In this document: positions 18,304-27,937 of the stretch, one piece after another
How the letters are laid out: every line of letters starts with the position of its first letter
Numbering within the stretch: position 1 is the first letter of the stretch
DNA from: Patescibacteria group bacterium
GTDB taxonomy: Bacteria; Patescibacteriota; Microgenomatia; UBA12405
DNA: 64,000 nt
Reading direction: 5' to 3'
Assembly: GCA_050943115.1 (NCBI GenBank)
Contig: JBMNON010000004.1
Location: 2,447 to 66,446 of the forward strand
Notes under the pieces: generated by a model
The model's input: only the letters and a program-made list of their open reading frames with translations
Told to the model about the DNA's origin: nothing
The model's database searches: none
Position numbers and translations under genes: made by a program

Positions 18304-19891
18304 GAGAAAAAATATCTTCGGGTATCTTTCTTGTGCATTGTTACTGCTGGCCTTATTAACTCGTTTCTATAAATTGGACTGGGGTGACGGCTACTTTTTT
18401 CATCCTGATGAAATGAATATGGCTGTAGCCATAACTAGGTTTTCCACCCACAACCTTGATCCTCACTTTTATGCCTATGGCCAGTTCCCTTTATATCTTA
18501 CATATTTTTCCATCAAAACCTTCAATTTTATATCTAATGCCTCTTTCACTTCTCCTGTTAGCTTAGAAAGTGCCGTCTTTGGACTTAGGATTTGGTCTGC
18601 CCTTTTCTCACTTGCTTCCCTACTTCTTCTCTATCGTCTCTCTCGTCTTCTTTTTCCCGATAAAGTTTCTCCCCGGATATTCGTCTTATTACTCATTTTT
18701 ACACCCGGACTTATACAACTTTCCCACTTTGGTACTACTGAATCGTTTCTGTTTTTTGTTTTTTGTTTCAACCTTCTCATTGCTGTAAAGATTTTTGAAA
18801 AGTTTAAGTTAACCAGTCTTGTCCTGGCTGCTTTTATTAGCGGTATTGCTGTTGGTACAAAAATCAGTGCGATAATTATGTTCGGTCCCGTTCTCTTGTC
18901 GTTATTATTGACAACGGTAAAGACAAAAAAAATCGCTTATTATATCCTCCGAAACCTAATTTTCTTTCTGGTGGTGCTTTTAACATTTAGCCTATCTTCT
19001 CCTTATAACCTTGTTAACTTTAATGATTATAAATCCGCTCTTAGTTACGAAACCGCCGTCGCTCTGGGTCACATGAAAGTCTTCTATACTAATCAATTTT
19101 TGGATACAAAACCATACTTGTTTCAGTTACAAAAAGTATTCCCCTACACTCAGGGAATATTTATTTTTTTGCTTTCGGCACCTGGTTTAGTTCTGCTTAT
19201 AAAGAAAATGAACCACAAATGGTTATTAATCCTGCTTCCTTCGTTTGTTTACTTTCTTTACAATGGTCAGCTTTATGTCAAATGGACCCGTTTTATGTCC
19301 CCTCTCTTTTTCCTCCCTCCCCTGCTTGCCACCTATTTTTTTAGCCATCTTCGTTCAAAAACCTTAATCGTTTCACTCATAGCTATCTCCATTATTCCCG
19401 GTGTCTTCTTTTGGACAAGCAGATTTGAAACCGATGTCCGCCTCAAGGCGTCTGATTGGTTTATCGATAACATCCCTGCAAATACCAAGATATTGTCCGA
19501 GTCAGGCAATGTAATTAATATCCCCCTTGCTTCCGTTCCCTATGATGTTAACAATTTCGACTTTTATGTTTTGGAAAATAATCCCCTGCAGCTTGAGTTA
19601 CTATCAAAAGAGCTTCGGCTATCTGAGTACATCATCGTTCCCTCAAGAAGGGTTTTTAAAAACCAGCAGGGAGATAGGTTCCCCACCAGCCGGAAGTACT
19701 ATGAGGCTTTGTTTTCAGGTGACTTGGGGTTTGTGGAAATTAAAAAGTTTGAGCGGAACAATTCCTTTTTACTTAACTCAGAAGATGCAGAAGAAACCTG
19801 GTCCGTGTTTGACAATCCTACTATTAGAGTATTTAAAAAGTTTAACCATTTATCCCTGGAAGAGTATAAAAAAATTCTTGGCGCCACATGA
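18293..19891 (+). CDS. GT-C (ArnT/PMT-like) glycosyltransferase
   Basis: RF..LDWG....HPDE, YGQFPLYL, IQLSHFGTTES, KIS; multi-TM; C-terminal EETWSVFDNP. Confidence 0.85.
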   Translation: MFFKRKNIFGYLSCALLLLALLTRFYKLDWGDGYFFHPDEMNMAVAITRFSTHNLDPHFYAYGQFPLYLTYFSIKTFNFISNASFTSPVSLESAVFGLRIWSALFSLASLLLLYRLSRLLFPDKVSPRIFVLLLIFTPGLIQLSHFGTTESFLFFVFCFNLLIAVKIFEKFKLTSLVLAAFISGIAVGTKISAIIMFGPVLLSLLLTTVKTKKIAYYILRNLIFFLVVLLTFSLSSPYNLVNFNDYKSALSYETAVALGHMKVFYTNQFLDTKPYLFQLQKVFPYTQGIFIFLLSAPGLVLLIKKMNHKWLLILLPSFVYFLYNGQLYVKWTRFMSPLFFLPPLLATYFFSHLRSKTLIVSLIAISIIPGVFFWTSRFETDVRLKASDWFIDNIPANTKILSESGNVINIPLASVPYDVNNFDFYVLENNPLQLELLSKELRLSEYIIVPSRRVFKNQQGDRFPTSRKYYEALFSGDLGFVEIKKFERNNSFLLNSEDAEETWSVFDNPTIRVFKKFNHLSLEEYKKILGAT

Positions 19892-21588
19892 TCAAAAAAG
19901 AAAAAATTTTATTATTGCTTATTATCATTCTGGCAGCAATATTAAGGTTTACCGGTCTTAATTGGGATCAGAATCAACATCTTCACCCCGATGAAAGATT
20001 TTTGACAATGGTTGCCGATGCCATCAAAATTCCCCAAAGTTTTTCAGATTACCTCGACCCTCAGTTATCCTCTATGAGTCCCTATAATAAAGGATTTGAC
20101 TTTTTTGTCTATGGCACCCTCCCTCTCAATTTAACTAAAATCTTGGCAGTCAACTTCGGCTTCGACGGCTATTCAAAAATATATTTACTTGGCCGTCTCT
20201 TATCTTCGTTGTTCGATCTCTCTACTTTGCTTTTAACGTATATTATTTGTAAGAACTTGTTTAGCAAAAAATCCGCCCTCTTTGCTGCTCTGGCTTATTC
20301 TCTGATGGTGCTGCCGATTCAGCTGTCACATTTTTTTACTGTTGATACTTTTCTTAACTTTTTCATGGTTTTAACATTCTATTTTCTTGTAAAAGCTGCC
20401 GACAAACCCCGTCTGTTATATTTCCTGGGATTGTCTTTTTCCTACGGACTTGCCCTATCCTCAAAAGTTTCTGCCCTGTACTTTCTACCCATAATTGGGA
20501 TATTCTTTTTATTTATTTTATTTAAAGGGAAATGGTCCGGCAGCACTCTTTTCTTGATGATGATCGCATTGCTTAGTACCGCAATTAGCTTTCGACTTGC
20601 TCAGCCCACAGCCTTTGCCCAGTCTTCTTTTTTAAACTGGCAGCCAAATGAACAATTTCTCGGTAATTTAAAAACTCTCAAATCCATGGGTAATATCGAC
20701 TCCTGGTTTCCGCCTGATGTTTATTGGATTTCTCGTCAATCAAAACTTTTTGCACTTGAGCATGTAACAATGTGGGCACTGGGAATACCTCTCGGTTTAC
20801 TCTCGCTAATTTCTCTTCCTTTTTCTACCTACCGCATCATTCGTACCACAAATCTCCATCCGTTTAAAAACTCCAAGACCTTCTCGATACTGTCAATAAT
20901 AATTTGGGTTGTTTTTCTCTTCGTTTATCAATCCTTTCAATTCACCAAAAACCTGCGTTATTTTTTAATTATTATGCCCTTTCTTTCAGTCCTTGTTGGG
21001 TATCTGCTTGCCTCTTCCGTAAAACATTTTCAAAAATTTATTCCATCCAAACTCTATTTGGGCATTATTATCATCCTTGTATCAATATGGCCTCTTTCAT
21101 TTATCTCTGTCTATCTTAGACCTCACAGCCGCATTCTGGCCTCATATTGGATTTACGAAAATATTTCCAAAGGATCTCAATTAACCTGTGAACATTGGGA
21201 TGATTGTTTGCCCCTGAATATCAGCTCCAGCCAAAATCCATCCGTTTATGAAATAACTCAGCTCAACCTTTATGATCCTGAAAGCGAAGAAAAATGGCAA
21301 AACATAAATTCCGTATTGGCTAATTCCGACTACATGGTAATTACCAGTAATCGCCTCTACGGTTCTATTCCCTTTGTCAGCAACCGCTATCCCCTAACTA
21401 CTGAATTTTATGAAAAACTTTTTGGTAACCAATTAAATTTCACAAAAGTAGCTGAATTCCACCCAAAACCTTGTTTTCTTGGAATAGAATCCCCTCTGAC
21501 GTGTATAAACGATGAATGGGCCGAGGAATCTTTCACCGTTTACGATCACCCCAAAGTTCATATATTCAAGAAAATTAGCCTTCAATAA
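19888..21588 (+). CDS. GT-C (ArnT/PMT-like) glycosyltransferase, paralog of the preceding gene
   Basis: RFTGLNWD..QHLHPDERF, YGTLPL, IQLSHFFTVDT, EHWDD.LP, EESFTVYDHP. Confidence 0.85.
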   Translation: MIKKEKILLLLIIILAAILRFTGLNWDQNQHLHPDERFLTMVADAIKIPQSFSDYLDPQLSSMSPYNKGFDFFVYGTLPLNLTKILAVNFGFDGYSKIYLLGRLLSSLFDLSTLLLTYIICKNLFSKKSALFAALAYSLMVLPIQLSHFFTVDTFLNFFMVLTFYFLVKAADKPRLLYFLGLSFSYGLALSSKVSALYFLPIIGIFFLFILFKGKWSGSTLFLMMIALLSTAISFRLAQPTAFAQSSFLNWQPNEQFLGNLKTLKSMGNIDSWFPPDVYWISRQSKLFALEHVTMWALGIPLGLLSLISLPFSTYRIIRTTNLHPFKNSKTFSILSIIIWVVFLFVYQSFQFTKNLRYFLIIMPFLSVLVGYLLASSVKHFQKFIPSKLYLGIIIILVSIWPLSFISVYLRPHSRILASYWIYENISKGSQLTCEHWDDCLPLNISSSQNPSVYEITQLNLYDPESEEKWQNINSVLANSDYMVITSNRLYGSIPFVSNRYPLTTEFYEKLFGNQLNFTKVAEFHPKPCFLGIESPLTCINDEWAEESFTVYDHPKVHIFKKISLQ

Positions 21589-22708
21589 TTTCTCTAAAAC
21601 TGTTTACGGTTCTGTTCTCCGAGAAAACTTTTTTCATTCTTTTGGAATTATTTGGCCTTTTATTATTTACTTCATTAACTATTGCCCAAGCTAGATTATT
21701 TTTCTCCCTTGTATCAAACAAGGTACCGGCACCACTGATCAGGATTGGCACTCTAACCCCGGGCAAACTACTGGCAACAACCCTAGCTCCACCCAAAATT
21801 GCTTCAGCCTGAACCATTCCAAAAGCTTCGGTAGAATTTGTACTTGGCAATACCAGCAAGTCTATGTTTTTATAAAAATAAGACAACCCTTCATTTGTCA
21901 AAAATCCTAAGTGGCTTACTACTTTTCTGTGCTTATTCATCAACTTGTGAATCCGCTTGATATAATCTATTTCTCCGATTGCATTCTTTGGACCCACTAA
22001 ATAAACCCCCAGATTGTTTCCCAAAGCTTTTCTTATTGGCCTTATCACCTCAAGTAAGCTTTCTATGCCTTTCTCTGCCGACAACCTCCCCACAAAACCG
22101 ATTTTATAAGCTATATCCCTTGTTGCCTTATCTATCAAGTTTTTTTCTTTTTTCAAAACCATTTCTTTACTTAATCTGATTGGTGGATAAACTACTCTGA
22201 CCTTGTCAAGATAACGGGAGACTACCGGCGACAGGGAGGCGTAATCCATGCTTGAACAGACAATAATATCCGCAATGTTGCAACAAAGTTGGTTTATTAA
22301 TTGTAATACCCATTCAATAATCCTATTCACTAAACCACAGGGTAGTCTGACATCGCAGTGATAGATAACTATACTTTTTTTGTTCAATATTTTTGCAGCC
22401 AGCAATAAATAAAACGCTTCAGGTTGGGGGAGGTTGCTTATTACAGTATCGCTTTTACGAACCTCTTGCCATCCCTGCCAAAACCATTTCGGCATTATCA
22501 GTCCCTTACTAAATTTTTTCCAAACTGGAACCCTGACAACTCTAACTCCACCCTCTGATTCTTCAAGTGGCAACTTTTTGTCGTGTTGCGAGGTGATAAC
22601 AGAGATGCAATCACCTTTCTTCCTCAAGGCTACGGCCAGCCTAGACACGTAGACGCTCAACCCGGAAGTGTATGGCAAATAATAACTTAAAGAAAATAAT
22701 ATTCTCAT
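21575..22708 (-). CDS. GT4 family glycosyltransferase
   Basis: YYLPYTSG, FVGRL..EKG, LVLPS..STEAFGMVQAEA (EX7E). Confidence 0.9.
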   Translation of the reverse strand: MRILFSLSYYLPYTSGLSVYVSRLAVALRKKGDCISVITSQHDKKLPLEESEGGVRVVRVPVWKKFSKGLIMPKWFWQGWQEVRKSDTVISNLPQPEAFYLLLAAKILNKKSIVIYHCDVRLPCGLVNRIIEWVLQLINQLCCNIADIIVCSSMDYASLSPVVSRYLDKVRVVYPPIRLSKEMVLKKEKNLIDKATRDIAYKIGFVGRLSAEKGIESLLEVIRPIRKALGNNLGVYLVGPKNAIGEIDYIKRIHKLMNKHRKVVSHLGFLTNEGLSYFYKNIDLLVLPSTNSTEAFGMVQAEAILGGARVVASSLPGVRVPILISGAGTLFDTREKNNLAWAIVNEVNNKRPNNSKRMKKVFSENRTVNSFREIIEG

Positions 22709-23250
22709 TAGGCTTCTAGTGATAACGCTGTACCGATACTCTTATCAAACACTTTACATGCTTGGTTATTTTGATGCAGTACCTTTTGTTGTGGCAGCTG
22801 TTTTTTGAGATATTCAACAATCAACTTGTCATCCTCGACAAATATATCCGGTTTTATCCTTTCCAGTACTTTTTTCTTGAATATATGTGGTTGTTCATTT
22901 TTCAAATTCAGATGAATTTCGCAAAATACCTTATCCAATTTTCTTTTTTTCAACCAAAGATGGGTCTCCCTCTCCAGAAAAGAGTATCGGCTGGATATGG
23001 CCACTACATTACACTTCTCTGTTCCGGCAGCCCTTTTAATCAAGTCCAAATTCGCCTTGATTGCTGGTCTAAAAAAATAGATGTGGGATATTTTTCTGAT
23101 AAGTTGTTCTATTCTTGTTCTTGGGAATCGATAGTGCAGCCTTTTTGCCTTGCCTTTAAACAAAAGTTCAATTAAGATTTTTGGTATCAATGGAGGCTTG
23201 TCGATAATAACTCCGTCCAGATCAACCGCCAGCACATACTTTCTCTTCAT
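22708..23250 (-). CDS. HAD-superfamily phosphatase
   Basis: DLDGV motif I, ISSR motif II, K motif III, FVEDD motif IV. Confidence 0.8.
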   Translation of the reverse strand: MKRKYVLAVDLDGVIIDKPPLIPKILIELLFKGKAKRLHYRFPRTRIEQLIRKISHIYFFRPAIKANLDLIKRAAGTEKCNVVAISSRYSFLERETHLWLKKRKLDKVFCEIHLNLKNEQPHIFKKKVLERIKPDIFVEDDKLIVEYLKKQLPQQKVLHQNNQACKVFDKSIGTALSLEA

Positions 23251-23297
23251 TTTCTTTGATTATAACAGTGCCGATTTTTCTTTGGATATAATAAGCC

Positions 23298-23873
23298 ATG
23301 AATCCATATACTAGCAGAGCCAAAGACTTTTTGTTTTGGCAACCACCACTGGACTACCTGGCCTTATTGTTGTCAAAAAAATTTGGCCGCCAACTTTTCG
23401 TCTTCCTAAATTTTTTTATCTGGCCCTACCTTTTTTACTTATCTGTAATTCTTACCATTACTGATCCAAATATATTCTGGCAAATCTTTATTGCCATGTT
23501 TATAAGTGTTTTTGTCGAATATTTGCTCAAATCTTTGCTCCCTTGGAAGCGGCCCATTACCAAAACCCAAAACTTTCTCCCTTTTGGTATTCATCACCAA
23601 TGGGCTTTAAAGGGCAGTTTTCCTTCGGGGCATACGGCAAAAACACTTATATTCTTTCTTTTTATACTCCAATATGGTGTCCACTCGCCTCTAATTTTTA
23701 TCTTAATAAATGTCCCCCTGGTGTTAGCCCGGATATTTTTGGGATTCCATTATCCGGTTGATATCTTTGGAGGTCTGCTCACCGGTTTTATCTCTTGGCT
23801 TTTTACCCACCAACTCATCTTTCCTTCAGAGTTTACTGATCCACTTCGTGATATATTTAAGCTAGTTTTTTAA
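23298..23873 (+). CDS. PAP2-family membrane phosphatase
   Basis: K.LLPWKRP, SFPSGH, ARIFLGFHYPVD. Confidence 0.9.
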   Translation: MNPYTSRAKDFLFWQPPLDYLALLLSKKFGRQLFVFLNFFIWPYLFYLSVILTITDPNIFWQIFIAMFISVFVEYLLKSLLPWKRPITKTQNFLPFGIHHQWALKGSFPSGHTAKTLIFFLFILQYGVHSPLIFILINVPLVLARIFLGFHYPVDIFGGLLTGFISWLFTHQLIFPSEFTDPLRDIFKLVF

Positions 23874-23875
23874 AT

Positions 23876-25963
23876 ATGATCTCCGACTTAAAATTCATCA
23901 TATTCTGGTGGCTTTCTATCTTTTTGATCTCATCAATTTGTTTACCTCTAGTTCTTAGTATTTTTAAAAAATTTTGGGACAGGGGATACGTTTTTAGCAA
24001 GATACTTTCTCTCGTTGTTCTGACCTATTCTGTTTTTGTTCTTGGAGTCATAAAGTTATTACCCTTCACCAACCTTTCGATTTGGTTTTTAATTTTAATT
24101 TTCTTATCTCTAAACGGACTTTATCTATCCCGTCCCAAAAGGTTCAAAGCTTTTACTGGCTTGATTAAAGAAAACTGGAAAAAATTCCTTTTTGAAGAAA
24201 TTCTGTTTTTGCTCATCTTAATTGTTTGGTCTTTTGTTCGGGGGTTTAATCCTGCAATTGAAGGTTTGGAAAAGTTCATGGATTGGGGTTTTGTCAATTC
24301 AATGCTTCGTTCGGTTTATATGCCTCCCGTTGATATGTGGTTTGCCAATGAACCTATAAACTACTATTATTTCGGTCACCTTATTTTTGCTCTTGTTACC
24401 AAATTGTCAAATATTAACAGTACCATTACATATAATTTATCAATCGCATCCATTGCCGCGCTAACCTTCGTCAGCACTTTCTCCCTTTCGCTCAATCTGG
24501 TTTATTGCTTACTAAAAAAAAGTTCGTTAGCAAAATTAATTCTTGCCGGAACGGTGTCGGCCCTCTTGTTGACTTTCGGTGGCAATCTCCATGCTGTCTA
24601 CAAGATTGGCAGAATCAACATGGACAACAATCAGGGCAAGCTGGTTTTGAATGCAGGTGAAATTCAGAAGGCCGCTTCAGGTTATTGGTATCCTGACGCA
24701 ACCAGATTTATTGGCTTTGATCCCGAAACCAGCGATAAAACCATCCATGAATTTCCTATCTATAGTTTTGTCGTTGCCGACCTTCACGGTCACCTAAATG
24801 ACATCCCTCTTGTTCTTTTCTTTCTGGCCTTTTTGTTCTCGGTATCCCTTTTGCCAAAGCAATTTTCTTCCTGGAAATTACTAATTCCTGCCGGTTTTCT
24901 TTTGTCTATTGCCTATATGACAAATGCTTGGGACATAGCAGTTTATGGTCTCTTTTTCGGTCTTTATGTTTTCCTCTACAAATTACGACAGTATAATTTT
25001 AGGGATTCTCTGGTTAAAACTCTTTTTAATGGATTTCTGGTAATTTTATTCTGGTATTTATTTACTCTGCCTTTTTCACTGAACTTTACTCCGATGATGG
25101 AAGGCTTGCGTTTGTCTGATGCCCATTCACCCTTTTATCAGCTTTTTATACTTTATGGCGGGTTTTGGTTAATCGCCCTACCATTTGTGATTTTCTTTTT
25201 TGTAAAAAATAAATTAAACATTAAGAAAGCCACTCTTTCCGATGTATTTGTTCTCTCCTTACTCATCCTGGCGACACTTCTTATTATTATGCCCGAAGTC
25301 TTTTACATAAAAGACATTTATATTTACGAACACCGGAGAGCCAACACGATGTTCAAACTGGTCTATCAGGCATTTATCCTCTACTCTCTAGCTTCTGGCT
25401 ACATCCTTGTCCGACTCAAGCTGTCTTTGAAAAGAGTGCTTTTCGGGATTTATGCATTAGTTTTTTCTTTGGTTTTTATTTCTCACCTAATTTATCCTTA
25501 CTTTGCAACTAAATCATATTACTCTTTTAAGGAATACCATGGGTTGTGGGGCTTGGACTTTCTTGAAGACAAATATCCGGATAACTATGCTGCCATAAAA
25601 TGGTTAAACGCTAATGTCGAAGGACAGCCCAACATTATTGAAGCTGCCGGAGATAGCTATACTACTTATAACCAAGTATCTATGGCCACCGGATTGCCAA
25701 CTGTCCAAGGCTGGTTGGTTCATGAATGGTTGTGGCGTGGAGGGTATGACCAACCTGGAGCTAGAGCTGAAGAAGTCAAAACTGTCTACGAGTCGACAGA
25801 TATTGAAAAAGTCAAACCTATTCTCCAAAAGTATTCTGTTAAGTATATTTTCATCGGCGACAAAGAGTACGAAAAGTATCCCCAGCTAAACACCCAAAAG
25901 TTTGAAGAAATCGGCGCCAACATTGTTTTTGAATCAGGGAAAACCAAAATATTTCAACTTTAA
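23876..25963 (+). CDS. DUF2298 / Chlor_Arch_YYY membrane protein (putative GT-C)
   Basis: EKFMD, PP.DMWFA...NYYYFGH, TIHEFP.YSF..ADLHGH, NAWD, RANTMFK, GW..HE..WRG. Confidence 0.85.
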   Translation: MISDLKFIIFWWLSIFLISSICLPLVLSIFKKFWDRGYVFSKILSLVVLTYSVFVLGVIKLLPFTNLSIWFLILIFLSLNGLYLSRPKRFKAFTGLIKENWKKFLFEEILFLLILIVWSFVRGFNPAIEGLEKFMDWGFVNSMLRSVYMPPVDMWFANEPINYYYFGHLIFALVTKLSNINSTITYNLSIASIAALTFVSTFSLSLNLVYCLLKKSSLAKLILAGTVSALLLTFGGNLHAVYKIGRINMDNNQGKLVLNAGEIQKAASGYWYPDATRFIGFDPETSDKTIHEFPIYSFVVADLHGHLNDIPLVLFFLAFLFSVSLLPKQFSSWKLLIPAGFLLSIAYMTNAWDIAVYGLFFGLYVFLYKLRQYNFRDSLVKTLFNGFLVILFWYLFTLPFSLNFTPMMEGLRLSDAHSPFYQLFILYGGFWLIALPFVIFFFVKNKLNIKKATLSDVFVLSLLILATLLIIMPEVFYIKDIYIYEHRRANTMFKLVYQAFILYSLASGYILVRLKLSLKRVLFGIYALVFSLVFISHLIYPYFATKSYYSFKEYHGLWGLDFLEDKYPDNYAAIKWLNANVEGQPNIIEAAGDSYTTYNQVSMATGLPTVQGWLVHEWLWRGGYDQPGARAEEVKTVYESTDIEKVKPILQKYSVKYIFIGDKEYEKYPQLNTQKFEEIGANIVFESGKTKIFQL

Positions 25964-26028
25964 TACTTTTTTGTTAACAAGCCTTTACTCTTTTCAAGCC
26001 CAATATTTTTGCGTATAGTAAGATACGC

Positions 26029-27930
26029 ATGCATGATATTTTAGAAGGCCTTAATCCGGAACAACGCCAAGCCGTTATCCACCATGGAACACCCTTACTT
26101 TTATTGGCTGGTGCCGGTTCTGGAAAAACCCGGGTATTAACTCATCGGGCGGCTTTTTTTATCAAAGAAAAATTAGCTGCCCCGGACGAGATCCTTCTTC
26201 TGACCTTTACCAACAAAGCCGCCGGAGAGATGAAACAAAGGATGGGGCAGTTGCTCGGCCAAAACGTCGAAACCAAGTCACCCTCGTCCCCCAGTGTTTT
26301 CGCTGGTACTTTTCATTCTTTCTGTTGTCGAATCTTGAGGGTTGATGGCCACCATATCGGTATTCCTGAAAACTATGTAATTTACGATACAAACGATCAG
26401 GAAAACCTAATTAAATCTATCCTCAATGATATGGATTTAAGTAGTAAAGAGTTTAAACCAAGCAGCGTGCTTTATTATATTGAAGCTGCCAAGACCAACT
26501 TCCAGTCGCCTCAGGATATGTCCGCCGATTCACATGGTTTCTGGCAGTCATACGCCTCGAAAATATACGGCAAATACCAAACTCTTATGTCCGATTACCA
26601 TGCTCTCGACTTTAATGATCTTCTTTACAAAACCGTCGAGCTGTTTATCAATTGCCCCCAAGTTTTAGAAAAATATCAGGAACGCTACAAATATATTCTT
26701 GTCGATGAATATCAGGACACAAATACAATTCAATACAACTTGACCAAATTGATCTCTAAAAAATTTAAACAAATCACGGCTGTCGGCGATGCCTCTCAAG
26801 CCATTTATGGTTGGCGCGGGGCGGATTATCGTAATTTGGTCAGTTTTACTACCGACTTTCCTGACGCCAAAATTATTAACCTTGAACAAAATTATCGATC
26901 AACTCAAATCATTCTCGATGCCGCAAACTCCGTAATTTCCAAAAACAACTCCCATCCTGTCCTCAAACTTTTTACCAATAAAAAATCCAGCGATCTAATA
27001 AAATTATACGAAGCCGAATCTGAATTGGCCGAATCTGACTACGTTGCCTCAAAAATCAGGTTCATTCACGACAACCTCCATATTCCCTTTAGAAACATCG
27101 CTGTCCTTTACAGGATGAACGCCCAGTCTCGGGTACTCGAAGAGGCTTTTCTAAAACGCTCTATCCCTTATGTTTTGATTGGCGGTACCCGTTTCTATGA
27201 ACGTGCCGAGATCAAAGACATTTTGGCGATGTTGCGCTACGCCAACGACAGTGCCGACAAAATCTCCTTAGAAAGGGTGGAAAAAGCGCTGGGAAAACGT
27301 CGCTTGGCTGCTTTCTTGGAGCATCTACGAGGTTTGAACTTGAAGGAACTTAACTCTCTTCAGATATTGGAATCTTTGGTAATCAACTCCGGTTATCTGG
27401 CTAAATTTAATCCCAAAGAGGAAGATGATCAAAGGAAAATTGAAAATATCAAAGAATTAAAGTCTGTCGCAACAAACTTTCCCAAATTAAATGATTTTTT
27501 GGAAAATATTGCCTTGGTTCAGCAGGAGTATTCCCTTCAGGAGAAAAACAAGAAAAAGGAGAACCGCGATGGTGTCCGGCTTATGACCCTCCACTCTTCA
27601 AAAGGCCTCGAATTTGAAGTGGTTTTTCTGGTTGGTTTTGAAGAGGGGATATTACCCCATTCTCAAAGTATGATAGAAGAGTCCGAGATCGAAGAGGAGC
27701 GTCGTCTTTGCTACGTCGGTATTACCCGGGCCAAGGATTATCTTTACATAACCTATGCTTCCCGACGGCTTTACTTTGGCAAGAGCAGTTTAAATGAACC
27801 CAGTCGTTTTCTTGTCGACATTCCCCAAAATTTAATTGAATTTGAAGAACCAAACGAGATTGTCCGCGATTATCGTCATGGTCGAAACCACGGCGGTGAC
27901 GAATTTATTTATGATCCTGATATATACTAA
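26029..27930 (+). CDS. pcrA: PcrA/UvrD helicase
   Basis: AGAGSGKT, TFTNKAA, VDEYQD, VGD..Q.IY.WRGA, LEQNYRS, MTLHSSKGLEF, EERRLCYVGITRA; no C-terminal Tudor-like domain seen. Confidence 0.93.
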   Translation: MHDILEGLNPEQRQAVIHHGTPLLLLAGAGSGKTRVLTHRAAFFIKEKLAAPDEILLLTFTNKAAGEMKQRMGQLLGQNVETKSPSSPSVFAGTFHSFCCRILRVDGHHIGIPENYVIYDTNDQENLIKSILNDMDLSSKEFKPSSVLYYIEAAKTNFQSPQDMSADSHGFWQSYASKIYGKYQTLMSDYHALDFNDLLYKTVELFINCPQVLEKYQERYKYILVDEYQDTNTIQYNLTKLISKKFKQITAVGDASQAIYGWRGADYRNLVSFTTDFPDAKIINLEQNYRSTQIILDAANSVISKNNSHPVLKLFTNKKSSDLIKLYEAESELAESDYVASKIRFIHDNLHIPFRNIAVLYRMNAQSRVLEEAFLKRSIPYVLIGGTRFYERAEIKDILAMLRYANDSADKISLERVEKALGKRRLAAFLEHLRGLNLKELNSLQILESLVINSGYLAKFNPKEEDDQRKIENIKELKSVATNFPKLNDFLENIALVQQEYSLQEKNKKKENRDGVRLMTLHSSKGLEFEVVFLVGFEEGILPHSQSMIEESEIEEERRLCYVGITRAKDYLYITYASRRLYFGKSSLNEPSRFLVDIPQNLIEFEEPNEIVRDYRHGRNHGGDEFIYDPDIY

Positions 27931-27937
27931 AAAGTAA

